From assembly GCA_964627255.1 (NCBI GenBank), contig CAZVIN010000042.1:249-64248 (forward strand): a stretch of 64,000 bases of DNA. The letters are read 5' to 3'. The translations under genes and the position numbers were made by a program. Source of the stretch: an uncultured Eubacteriales bacterium (GTDB lineage: Bacteria > Acidobacteriota > Aminicenantia > Aminicenantales > CALLJL01). Of the stretch, positions 55,923 through 64,000 are shown one piece after another. Numbering within the stretch: the first letter of the stretch is position 1; the number at the start of each line of letters is the position of its first letter. The notes beneath the pieces were generated by a model. The model was given only the letters and a program-made list of their open reading frames with translations. It ran no database searches and had not been told where the DNA came from.

Positions 55923-57017
55923 GTGAGCCGGAAGAAAGTCGTGGTGGCGATGAGTGGGGGGGTGGACTCCTCAGTGGCGGCCGCCCTTTTAAAAAGCCAG
56001 GGATATGAGGTTATAGGCGTGACAATGAAATTATTTTCCTTGCCTCCCGAGGTCTGTCAGGATGAGTCGCTTCGTAGCTGTTGCGGTTGGAAAGCCGTTG
56101 AAGACGCCCACCGCGTTTGCCTTGAGCTTGGAATTGTCCATTATGAGGTTGATTTGCGCCGCGAGTTTGAGAAAGCCGTGATCCAGGATTTTTGCCAGGA
56201 GTATACGCGGGGACGCACCCCTAACCCCTGTATTCGTTGCAATGAAGACATAAAGTTTAAAGCTTTCTGGGAAAGAACAAGAAACCTTGAAGCCGATTTT
56301 CTGGCCACCGGCCACCATGCCCGGATTGAGGCCGACGAGGCTACAGGTCGTTTTCTTCTAAAAAAAGGCCGGGATAGAGATAAGGACCAGTCCTATTTTC
56401 TTTATCCTCTAACTCAAGAACAAATGGCTCGCACCTTATTTCCCGTGGGCCAATACACCAAAGGGCAAGTCCGCCGCTTAGCCCGAAAATTTGGCCTTCA
56501 CGTGGCTGACCGCGCTGAGAGCCAGGAAATCTGCTTTGTGATCGACAATGATTATGTCAATTTTATTAAGACCCGAAGGCCAGAAGCCTTCCAGCCTGGC
56601 CCCATTTTGACTGCTTCCGGCCAGCAGCTCGGAGAGCATCAGGGAATCGCCAATTTTACAATTGGTCAACGCCGAGGCATGGGTATTGCCTGGAAAAGAC
56701 CACTTTATGTTATTAACATTGATTTCGAGCGAAACGCCGTCATCGTCGGCGAGGAGAAAGAGTTGCTGAAAAGGAAATTGCTGGCGACAATGGCGAATCT
56801 TATTGCTGTTGAAAAATTAACTTTCCCTCTCGCTGTCAAGGCTAAGATTCGTTATAAACATGAAGAGGCCAAAGCCATAATTTCACCGGTAGACGAAGGA
56901 ACCGTCATGGTAGAGTTTAAAGTGCCCCAGAGGGCTGTCACCCCAGGTCAATCTGTGGTCTTTTATCAGAAAGACATCGTGGTTGGAGGCGGTATTATCG
57001 ACCAGGTCCTTGATTAG
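55923..57017 (+). CDS. mnmA: tRNA 2-thiouridine(34) synthase MnmA
   Basis: AMSGGVDSS, TPNPCIRCN, ATGHHA, KDQSYFL, ESQEICF, TIGQRRG, VTPGQS. Confidence 0.98.
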   Translation: MSRKKVVVAMSGGVDSSVAAALLKSQGYEVIGVTMKLFSLPPEVCQDESLRSCCGWKAVEDAHRVCLELGIVHYEVDLRREFEKAVIQDFCQEYTRGRTPNPCIRCNEDIKFKAFWERTRNLEADFLATGHHARIEADEATGRFLLKKGRDRDKDQSYFLYPLTQEQMARTLFPVGQYTKGQVRRLARKFGLHVADRAESQEICFVIDNDYVNFIKTRRPEAFQPGPILTASGQQLGEHQGIANFTIGQRRGMGIAWKRPLYVINIDFERNAVIVGEEKELLKRKLLATMANLIAVEKLTFPLAVKAKIRYKHEEAKAIISPVDEGTVMVEFKVPQRAVTPGQSVVFYQKDIVVGGGIIDQVLD

Positions 57018-57334
57018 GGAAGGAGGTTAAGAAAAACTGGCGCCTCCTTCGAACCCCGCAAGCGGCTAGATTCTTAATTAGGGTCTCTTGATATTTAATC
57101 GGCGTTGTCGTTCAGGCTAAAAAATCAGAGAGGCCCGTTTTGGCTCAAATTGCTGCCTTCTCTCATCTAACAAAACGATGGAAAGCTTTACTTGGAGGCA
57201 TCAGTTGAATTGATATTACCATAATTATATTCTTTTCCCCACTTGTCTCCAGCACTTCCTTCTTAAGAATCTTTTCGCGGTTAAATCCACACTCTTGGCG
57301 GGCTTTCAGCCGTGTTCTTAGGACAGTTTTGATT

Positions 57335-58363
57335 TTAGCCGAAGAAGACCTTAGCGATTTCGTAAAGTTCCATATCCACTGTTTTGAGCTGGGCTACCGC
57401 TTTTTCGAGCGGCACAGGAACAACCTTATTTCCCTGGAGACTGACCATCAAACCAAATTGACCTTCCCTCACTAGGTCAATGGCTGCAATGCCAAATCTT
57501 GTGGCCAGAATTCGGTCATAGGCTGTTGGCGAGCCGCCTCGTTGCGTATGACCCAAAACAGTAACCCTTGTTTCTAAGCCCGTCCTCTTCTCGACCTCGC
57601 GGCCAAGGTAATGGCCAATTCCGCCAAGCCGGATGTGGCCAAAAGCGTCTTTTTCTTCCGATTGAGCAATCAACCCGTTTTCCTTGGGCTGGGCTCCCTC
57701 AGCTACCACAATAATACTAAAATCCTTACCTCTTTCGCGGCGTTTTTTAACCTCGCGGCAAACCTCCTCCAGGTCAAAGGGAACTTCAGGAATCAGGATG
57801 AGGTCAGCCCCTCCGGCCAGGCCACCCAGCACGGCAATCCAGCCAGCATGCCGACCCATAACTTCGACAACCATAACTCGATGATGGGCTTCAGCCGTGG
57901 TATGCAAACGGTCCAAAGCCTCACAGACAATAGAAACGGCTGTATCAAAGCCGAAGGTGTAATCAGTACAAGAAAGGTCATTATCGATAGTTTTAGGCAC
58001 GCCGACAACCTTCAAGCCTTTTTGGGATAATTTCAAGGCCACGCCGAGAGTGTCTTCCCCGCCGATAGCAATAAGAGCATCGATTTCGAACTTGGCGATA
58101 TTCGCAAAGATTTTTTCGACATCGCCTTCTTTTTTAAAAGGATTAGTCCGGGAGGTACCGAGGATAGTCCCCCCGCGAGGCAAAATGCCAGAAATGGAAT
58201 TAAGGTCCAGGGGGATTATTTTGCCCTCGATCAAGCCGAGCCAGCCGTTTCTTATGCCGTAGCATTCATAGCCATAATTCATAATGCCTTTACGGACGAT
58301 GGCTCTGATGACAGCATTCAACCCGGGACAATCGCCGCCTCCCGTGAGCATTGCCACTCTCAT
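57335..58363 (-). CDS. pfkA: 6-phosphofructokinase (PfkA family), PPi-dependent signature
   Basis: TGGGDCPGLN, GGTILGTSR, GGEDT, PKTIDND, EVMGR.AGW, LGHTQRGG. Confidence 0.95.
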   Translation of the reverse strand: MRVAMLTGGGDCPGLNAVIRAIVRKGIMNYGYECYGIRNGWLGLIEGKIIPLDLNSISGILPRGGTILGTSRTNPFKKEGDVEKIFANIAKFEIDALIAIGGEDTLGVALKLSQKGLKVVGVPKTIDNDLSCTDYTFGFDTAVSIVCEALDRLHTTAEAHHRVMVVEVMGRHAGWIAVLGGLAGGADLILIPEVPFDLEEVCREVKKRRERGKDFSIIVVAEGAQPKENGLIAQSEEKDAFGHIRLGGIGHYLGREVEKRTGLETRVTVLGHTQRGGSPTAYDRILATRFGIAAIDLVREGQFGLMVSLQGNKVVPVPLEKAVAQLKTVDMELYEIAKVFFG

Positions 58364-58423
58364 TTTGACCTCCGGATTAGTTAGCAGAATTATTAATTAG
58401 AGGAAATAATGCCTTCAATTTTA

Positions 58424-59380
58424 TTAATAACGTCTGATAAGGCTAAAAATTTCGCGACTTATCCTTACAGCCTCGTCATATTTTCGCTGCCAGATATTGC
58501 GGCCGAAGATAAAGCCATCAACTCCTGCTTCGAGGCAGACTTCGACCTTTTCCAACAGCTCCTCGTCGCTCAGTTTGGAGCCACCCGAAACCAGAACGCC
58601 GGTTCGACCAGCCGAGCGGATAACCATCCTCAGGGCCTCGACCTCTGAAATATCCTTATATTCATTGTAAGCTTTAAAGGGGCTGGATGGCTCATAGCTG
58701 CCGCCTTTGGGCGGCACGGGCAGGTTAATTTTAGCGAGATGAGCGCCTAACTCGTTAGCCACTCGAGCTGCATAATCTACCATGGCTAAGGAGTCTCGGC
58801 CAGCGCCCCTGCTTTCCGCATAGCGGCCACGAGGATAAGCCCACATGATTACTGGTAGACCGTATCTTTTGGCTTCTTGCCTTATTAGAGTAAATTGGGC
58901 GATGTCTTCAGCCTCCCGTGGTGAGCCCACATAGAGTGTATAGCCGACCGCGTCCGCGCCCAGGCGCAGGGCATCCTCAACGCTGGCATCGAGCGGCGAA
59001 AAGGCTTCCTCGTCAGGAGGAATCGAAGTGCGACCATTAATTTTGAGCACAAGCGGCACTTTGCCGGCATATTTTTTGAGATGCTTTTCAGCCAGCCCGA
59101 TATGGCAGGCAACGCCGGAATAATTGGCCTCGAGCGCCAGCTCGAGCTGAAACTCAAAATCAATGCTGGCCGGATTAGGGAAGAAATCGCGTGGTCCATG
59201 TTCCAGGCCCTGGTCGATAGGAAGGAGCATTATTTTTCCATTACCAGGACCATGAGCATACATCAACTCGTAGAGATGTCTCTTTTCTCCAGGACCGAGG
59301 TGGTCCAAGTCAAGATGAAATTTTTCCAGTCGCTCCCTTTGAGCCATTTTAATTTCTATTTGGCGGACTGCCTCGCTCAT
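58424..59380 (-). CDS. fbaB: Class I fructose-bisphosphate aldolase (DhnA/FbaB family)
   Basis: LPIDQGLEHGP, ADAVGYT, WAYPRG, Schiff-base Lys in AKIN, SGGSK, IFGRNIWQ; co-oriented with the PFK gene. Confidence 0.88.
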   Translation of the reverse strand: MSEAVRQIEIKMAQRERLEKFHLDLDHLGPGEKRHLYELMYAHGPGNGKIMLLPIDQGLEHGPRDFFPNPASIDFEFQLELALEANYSGVACHIGLAEKHLKKYAGKVPLVLKINGRTSIPPDEEAFSPLDASVEDALRLGADAVGYTLYVGSPREAEDIAQFTLIRQEAKRYGLPVIMWAYPRGRYAESRGAGRDSLAMVDYAARVANELGAHLAKINLPVPPKGGSYEPSSPFKAYNEYKDISEVEALRMVIRSAGRTGVLVSGGSKLSDEELLEKVEVCLEAGVDGFIFGRNIWQRKYDEAVRISREIFSLIRRY

Positions 59381-59951
59381 TAGGCTTCCTCCTTTGAGAT
59401 AATTTCGGAGATTATTGGAGCCAAAGAAGCTAAGCCACGATTATCGGCTCATTTCTAGGCTGGCCGAACTTCTCTTCACCGAAATTACCTTATATTTTAG
59501 CTTTTTCTCCCGTTTATTTCAACCGCAAGGCGCGAAAAGACAGGTTAAAGCCAAAGAGTTCATTTTCCTGAATAGCAATGTAATAGGCAAATGGCATTTC
59601 AGAGGTAAGGAGCGAGTGGCGCAAGCGCCGAGAAGACTGAAGACGAAACAGGGTGAGGAACCTTAATGGAAACGAGACCATCGTGGCCGCCACCTTGCCC
59701 AACTCGCCCCAGATAGAAGAGAATCAAACTAATTAGATATCTCTTCCGTAATAGAGACAAATGCAAGCCGAGGAAAAAGCGCCTTTACATATTATTGGGG
59801 CGAACCTCAATATTTCTGATAACGCCGCCTCAAATTCTATCTTTCTGTTTGGTTCCTCTAATCGAAAAAAGAGGAGATGAAAAGAAGAAAGAGAAGCGAT
59901 AAAATAAATGATATAGAGAAGAAGGAGGTAGTTATCGCGGGGAGGGATAAG

Positions 59952-60743
59952 ATGAGAAAATGGGGAATATTGATAGCGTTTTTCCTTTGCGGTTGCCTCC
60001 TGGAGGCAGCGGCTGATAATTTTAATAAGGAGTCAGGGATTATGAAAACCGAAGAAATAAGGAATCTATTTGCCTATGTCCTGGAAGAAAATGAAGTGGC
60101 CTTTCAGTTCCTTGGTTATTCGGGCGTTATCATCAGAACAACCGAGGGAGCAGTGATTATCGACCCCGCTGATAGATTGCGAGGCGAAGGCCTAAAGGCG
60201 TTGGCTTCGGCCGCGGTCAACCTCGTCCTTTTTACCCATGACCATTATGACCATTTTAATCACGTCAGCGCCGTCGCCTTATTTAAAGCTACAGCTGCGC
60301 CGATTCTGGCCGAACGCTCAGTCATGAATCATCTAAGGAATGATATCCCCGCCCAAAAACTCTTAGCCGCCCCCATAGACCAGCCTTTTCAATCTGGAAA
60401 TATTAAAGTTCAAGCCGTTCGGGGGACCCACGTTGGACCAATTCTCCTTTACCACATAGCCATCGGCAAGATAAGTATTTTCCATGGAGGCGATTCTGGC
60501 TATGTGCCGCTTGCCGGACTTAAAGCCGATATCGCTTTCCTGCCCACGGGAGAGCCGTCGCCGACCGCTTCGCCCGAGCAAGCCTTCCGTCTGGCTTTGG
60601 AGCTGAAGCCTAAGGTAATTATTGCCATCCACGGTTCAGGCCGTCAAAGTAAAGAGCTCGAGAGGCTGATTCAGGAGAAATTGCCGGACGCTAAAGTGAT
60701 AGTTCCAACGCCCTATGCGATTAACAGAGTTAAGCTGGATTAG
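59952..60743 (+). CDS. Metallo-beta-lactamase-fold hydrolase, probably exported
   Basis: GGAGG SD before ATG 59952; IIDP, THDHYDH, H in GTH, GGDS, H in AIH. Confidence 0.85.
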   Translation: MRKWGILIAFFLCGCLLEAAADNFNKESGIMKTEEIRNLFAYVLEENEVAFQFLGYSGVIIRTTEGAVIIDPADRLRGEGLKALASAAVNLVLFTHDHYDHFNHVSAVALFKATAAPILAERSVMNHLRNDIPAQKLLAAPIDQPFQSGNIKVQAVRGTHVGPILLYHIAIGKISIFHGGDSGYVPLAGLKADIAFLPTGEPSPTASPEQAFRLALELKPKVIIAIHGSGRQSKELERLIQEKLPDAKVIVPTPYAINRVKLD

Positions 60744-60886
60744 GACTTAAGATGATAAGTAAAATTAACCCTTTGCTTTGCGCCAGCCAAGTATAATCAT
60801 AAACAAAAAAATAATCATCCATCGAAATAAAACAATAGAAGGATTAGCAGGCATTAACAAAATTAGAGGAAAACGGAGAAAAAACA

Positions 60887-62074
60887 ATGAGGGGGAAAAG
60901 TAATTATAGGGTTTCAGCAATTCTTTTCTTGGCTGGCCTTTTCTCTTGCCTCTTGCTGGTTAGGGCCGAGCCCACTTCTCTAGCAGAAATTTATCGCGGC
61001 GGTAAAATCATCCTGCGGCCAGAGATGATTATTGATGGTTCCTCCTTACCCCCGGGCGTTTTGTTTGTCGGGGTCGCGTCCATTTCCTTTGATGCTTTGG
61101 GAGACATATATCTTCTTGATTTTAGCGACAATAACATTAAGAAATTCGATTCCGGGGGAAAATTTCTCAAGGTCATAGGCCGCAAAGGCCAGGGCCCAGG
61201 AGATTTTAGTTCTCCGGTAAGTTTTGACGTGGTAAAGGATAGAATTTTTGTCTGGGACATGGGCAACCGGAGGTTAAGCGCTTTGACCTTGGAGGGAGCA
61301 GCGGTTATCAGCCGAGATATTTCTGGGCTTTCCGGCCGACCGCAAAGGCTGCGCGCTTTGCCCGATGGCGACTTGGTGGTAGAAACGGAGAAAATTCATT
61401 TTGACGACCCCAAGAAACCGCAGGATGTTTTCTTAGAAGTACTTTCGCCTGATTTGCAGGTTAAAGGGGTCATCTCCTCGCAGCCAGTTTGGAGAAATAA
61501 ACACATCCGGACTGAACAATTCGGCCTGACTAACATTCCTCAGCCCTTCTCTCCTGATATTCATTGGGATATTTCTCCTGATGGCCGGATAATTATCGGT
61601 TTTGCGGCCGAGTATAAATTTGGCGTTTATAACAGCCAGGGAAAATTGCTCCTTTCAGTTAAGCATCCATTCAAGCCAGTCAAAGTAACGGAGAAAGACA
61701 AAAAGAATCATTTGGAAGGTATTACTTTCTTTGACGGAAAGTCGATTAAGAGAGGGGCGCCAGATTTCATCGTTAAAAACACGGAATTTCCTAAGTATAA
61801 ACCTGCCTACAGTTCTCTTCTGGTTGATGGTGAAGGAAATATTCTGGTGCATCCTTTTATCGAGGAAGAGGCTAAACAACCATTTGTTTTTGACGTTTTC
61901 AGTCCGGAAGGAAAATTTATTAGCCGCGTGGAGATAATTGAGCCGAAAGTTGACCTCTTTGACCGGGAAACGAGATGGCAGGGAAAGCATGTCTGGATGA
62001 GAAAGATTGACCCGGATGGGACAGCAAGATTCATTAAGTATCGAATTGAACCCTCTTCAGCAGGGAAAAAATAG
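60887..62074 (+). CDS. Secreted six-bladed (NHL-like) beta-propeller protein
   Basis: Signal peptide; DIYLLD...IKKFD..GKFLKVIGRKGQGPGDF; VDGEGNILV; FDVFSPEGKF. Confidence 0.8.
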   Translation: MRGKSNYRVSAILFLAGLFSCLLLVRAEPTSLAEIYRGGKIILRPEMIIDGSSLPPGVLFVGVASISFDALGDIYLLDFSDNNIKKFDSGGKFLKVIGRKGQGPGDFSSPVSFDVVKDRIFVWDMGNRRLSALTLEGAAVISRDISGLSGRPQRLRALPDGDLVVETEKIHFDDPKKPQDVFLEVLSPDLQVKGVISSQPVWRNKHIRTEQFGLTNIPQPFSPDIHWDISPDGRIIIGFAAEYKFGVYNSQGKLLLSVKHPFKPVKVTEKDKKNHLEGITFFDGKSIKRGAPDFIVKNTEFPKYKPAYSSLLVDGEGNILVHPFIEEEAKQPFVFDVFSPEGKFISRVEIIEPKVDLFDRETRWQGKHVWMRKIDPDGTARFIKYRIEPSSAGKK

Positions 62075-62784
62075 CCCGCCAAGAGAAAAGGTATTCTCTA
62101 AGTCTTCTTGTGTTGGCCTTACCTTAGTCCTCTTTTATCGGTACCGCCTTATGCATTTACCTAATTTTTTGGTCTTGGCCAATCGGTGCCGTCAGAAAGG
62201 CAATTTCGAGAAATTAAAAAGCTTGTTTAGCGGGAAGAGCTAATTGAAAAATTTTATAAACTTAAAGGCGAAAAGGCTTTAATGAGAGGGGTTTAAATGG
62301 GTTCTCTTTCCTTTTGTTTGGACTGGTTTGAAGGCTTAGTCCCTGATGGCAGAAGCGGCCAGGGAAGTCTTAGACGTTCCGAATTGGCCTTTGAGGGAAC
62401 CTCTGGCTGGCGAGGAAGTCTCAATCTAAGATGGGCAGAGAGAAGGGCTAATTGAACGCTCTTAATTTTTCCTAGAGACCTAAATTGGCGTCATTGATGG
62501 CCAAGATAATAAGGGAAAAAGGCAAGATTGATGAATCTTGGCGGCCATAATTTCGAAATTGGGGCTAAATTCAGGGCTAAAAGCCATAAGCCAACGCCTT
62601 TTGGCCAAATGTCTCCATCATCTTGCCTCTTGTTTCTTGAGGCCAGGGCGTGGTGCAAAGTGACCTAATTATCTTTGCCTTTTGCCTCCAGACAGAATAA
62701 TGAGAGGAGAAAATTCAACCGAGGGTGGTCAGCGGGGTTTCCCCTGCGAAATATAAATTGGGAAATGGTGATTGCTGATAAAGA

Positions 62785-63999
62785 TTAGAAGCTGATGACC
62801 CCAGCTTCTGCCAGAAGTTTTAAGTAGGCCTCGACCCAGCTTAGGGGTATAGGCTTAAATTCAGCGCTCACCGCGTTGCGAATCTCGAGGAGGCTATTTT
62901 GACCATCTACAAAATTGAGGATTTCGTAGGTAATCCGGCCATCCTCTCGAAATATAGGCAAATTAAAGGCCTCTGGCTTATTTTTAATTTTTTCCCGCAG
63001 AAAGGAAATATTAACCGGACCTTTTAGGTCAGGATTGCGCTTAGGGACAATTTTCATAGCGGCCATTTCCTCAGCCGTGAGGCTGACTTTTTCGACCTTA
63101 ACCCCGCGGGCCTGGCAGCTTAGCCGATAAAAGCTGTCTAATTCCTGAAGCCAGCCGGCTTTATCTTTTTTTAACTTATCAGCAATAAGCTCGAGATAGC
63201 TGTCGACCTCCCGGTCGCTGGCGGAATAGCGTTTAAGGGATTCAGTGACAGCCATTTCTCTTTTAATAGCTTGGTTCACCAGATTAACGGCTTCTTTATA
63301 ATTTGCCGCCAAGTCTTTTGTTTCGCCCCAATTCAGCAGGTTATATCCTTTTTGTAGTTCCTCAAATACCCTGATACGGCTGCGGTTGGTTATCTCTCCC
63401 GCTAAGCGTCGCGCCTTATGGGGACAATCATCAGTTAGGAAAACAGTTGCGGCCGCGGCCAGAAGAGCTGAGCGCTTGAGCTGAGTCGGGTCGCAGCGCT
63501 CGGGTTGGTCACCGCTCGTGTGGTAGTAGCGGTCAGGCCAGACTAAGAAGAAGGCGAAAGGAACGCCAACCAAGCTGTCATTAAAAATAACCTGGTCGCT
63601 TCCACTGGCATAAGGCATAAGTCGATACCGAAAAGCGTCGCGACTTCCAGAGAGAGAATAAACCGGGAAGATAGAAGGGGTGCCAAAGGCGTTGACATTA
63701 TTGGCGGCGATAAATTCAAGCAAATTGGCCAGTAAATCATTGATAAAATGAGGCTTAGAATGCGGCGTGCGATGAAGGAAAAAGGTGGAATTATTTTGGT
63801 TTAAATATTGGCCGACCATATCCAGGTTAATTCCAGCCACTGCCTTGGCGACCATCTCAGGATGCGTGGCTACCCAAGCCAAGCTGCCGCTCATCTCTGG
63901 TACCCAGAGGAAGCGAATCGTTCTTTTTGGCGGGTCGATTTTCTTTTCCTCGATTAAACGACGCAGCGTCCGGCCAATTTCTAACAGGCAGGCTGAGCC
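62785..63999 (-). CDS. M28-family (DUF4910-like) metallopeptidase, 5' end outside window
   Basis: Frame open to the window edge (GSACLLEIGRTL...RTIRFLWVPE.SG); INLDMVG; GSDQ; PDRYYHTSGD. Confidence 0.85.
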   Translation of the reverse strand, partial: GSACLLEIGRTLRRLIEEKKIDPPKRTIRFLWVPEMSGSLAWVATHPEMVAKAVAGINLDMVGQYLNQNNSTFFLHRTPHSKPHFINDLLANLLEFIAANNVNAFGTPSIFPVYSLSGSRDAFRYRLMPYASGSDQVIFNDSLVGVPFAFFLVWPDRYYHTSGDQPERCDPTQLKRSALLAAAATVFLTDDCPHKARRLAGEITNRSRIRVFEELQKGYNLLNWGETKDLAANYKEAVNLVNQAIKREMAVTESLKRYSASDREVDSYLELIADKLKKDKAGWLQELDSFYRLSCQARGVKVEKVSLTAEEMAAMKIVPKRNPDLKGPVNISFLREKIKNKPEAFNLPIFREDGRITYEILNFVDGQNSLLEIRNAVSAEFKPIPLSWVEAYLKLLAEAGVISF

Positions 64000-64000
64000 G

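Noticed and set aside
57019-57075. tRNA-like words on the minus strand (GGTTCGAA...CGCCA) and an 8-bp GAAGGAGG/CCTCCTTC stem
   Set aside because: No D arm, anticodon arm or acceptor pairing; the stem has a 16-nt loop and no U tract, so it is neither a tRNA nor a clear terminator
59590-59700. Short hairpins (GGCG-CAAG-CGCC, ATGG/CCAT) in the fbaB-MBL spacer as a riboswitch or glmS ribozyme
   Set aside because: Only 4-6 bp stems; no family consensus beyond isolated words
1-64000. CRISPR array, rRNA, tRNA, tmRNA, RNase P, SRP RNA, integrase or transposase
   Set aside because: No regularly spaced identical repeats, no cloverleaf with a T-loop and acceptor stem, no signature motifs, no transposase or integrase ORF seen by eye

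Overview
Bacterial chromosomal window, read by hand with the supplied ORF track; no searches were run. 1-15.1 kb is a complete, canonical S10-spc-alpha ribosomal superoperon (rpsJ 5'-truncated through rplQ, with secY, adk, map, infA and a short rpmJ missing from the ORF track). The rest is mostly housekeeping and catabolic genes: lytic transglycosylase, galE, CCA-type nucleotidyltransferase, His-type Thi4, metG, folE, larC, cobB, mtnP plus a PfkB kinase, tryptophanase, S9 and M28 peptidases, yebC-ruvCAB-queA, mnmA, PPi-type PFK plus class I aldolase. The SecY C-terminal insertion, the Asp-box/VPS10-like proteins and the beta-propeller proteins suggest an anaerobic Acidobacteriota, probably Aminicenantia (OP8); this is inference. 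I found no rRNA, tRNA, CRISPR array, integrase or transposase. The best leads are: (1) a 39.7-47.0 kb surface-glycan locus combining Wzx, a sulfotransferase, an Alg14/Alg13-like split glycosyltransferase, a BtrN-like radical SAM/Twitch enzyme, a GT2 and a pyruvyltransferase broken by one in-frame TAA; (2) a 945-bp spacer at 55.0-55.9 kb holding a rod-shaped, 6S-like RNA candidate and an unannotated 44-aa membrane peptide whose ribosome-binding site has complementary sequences on both sides; (3) an orphan LarC that lacks its His-rich segment; (4) a head-to-head pair of secreted proteins with 11 Asp-boxes each. None of these is shown to be a new system; they are testable hypotheses.
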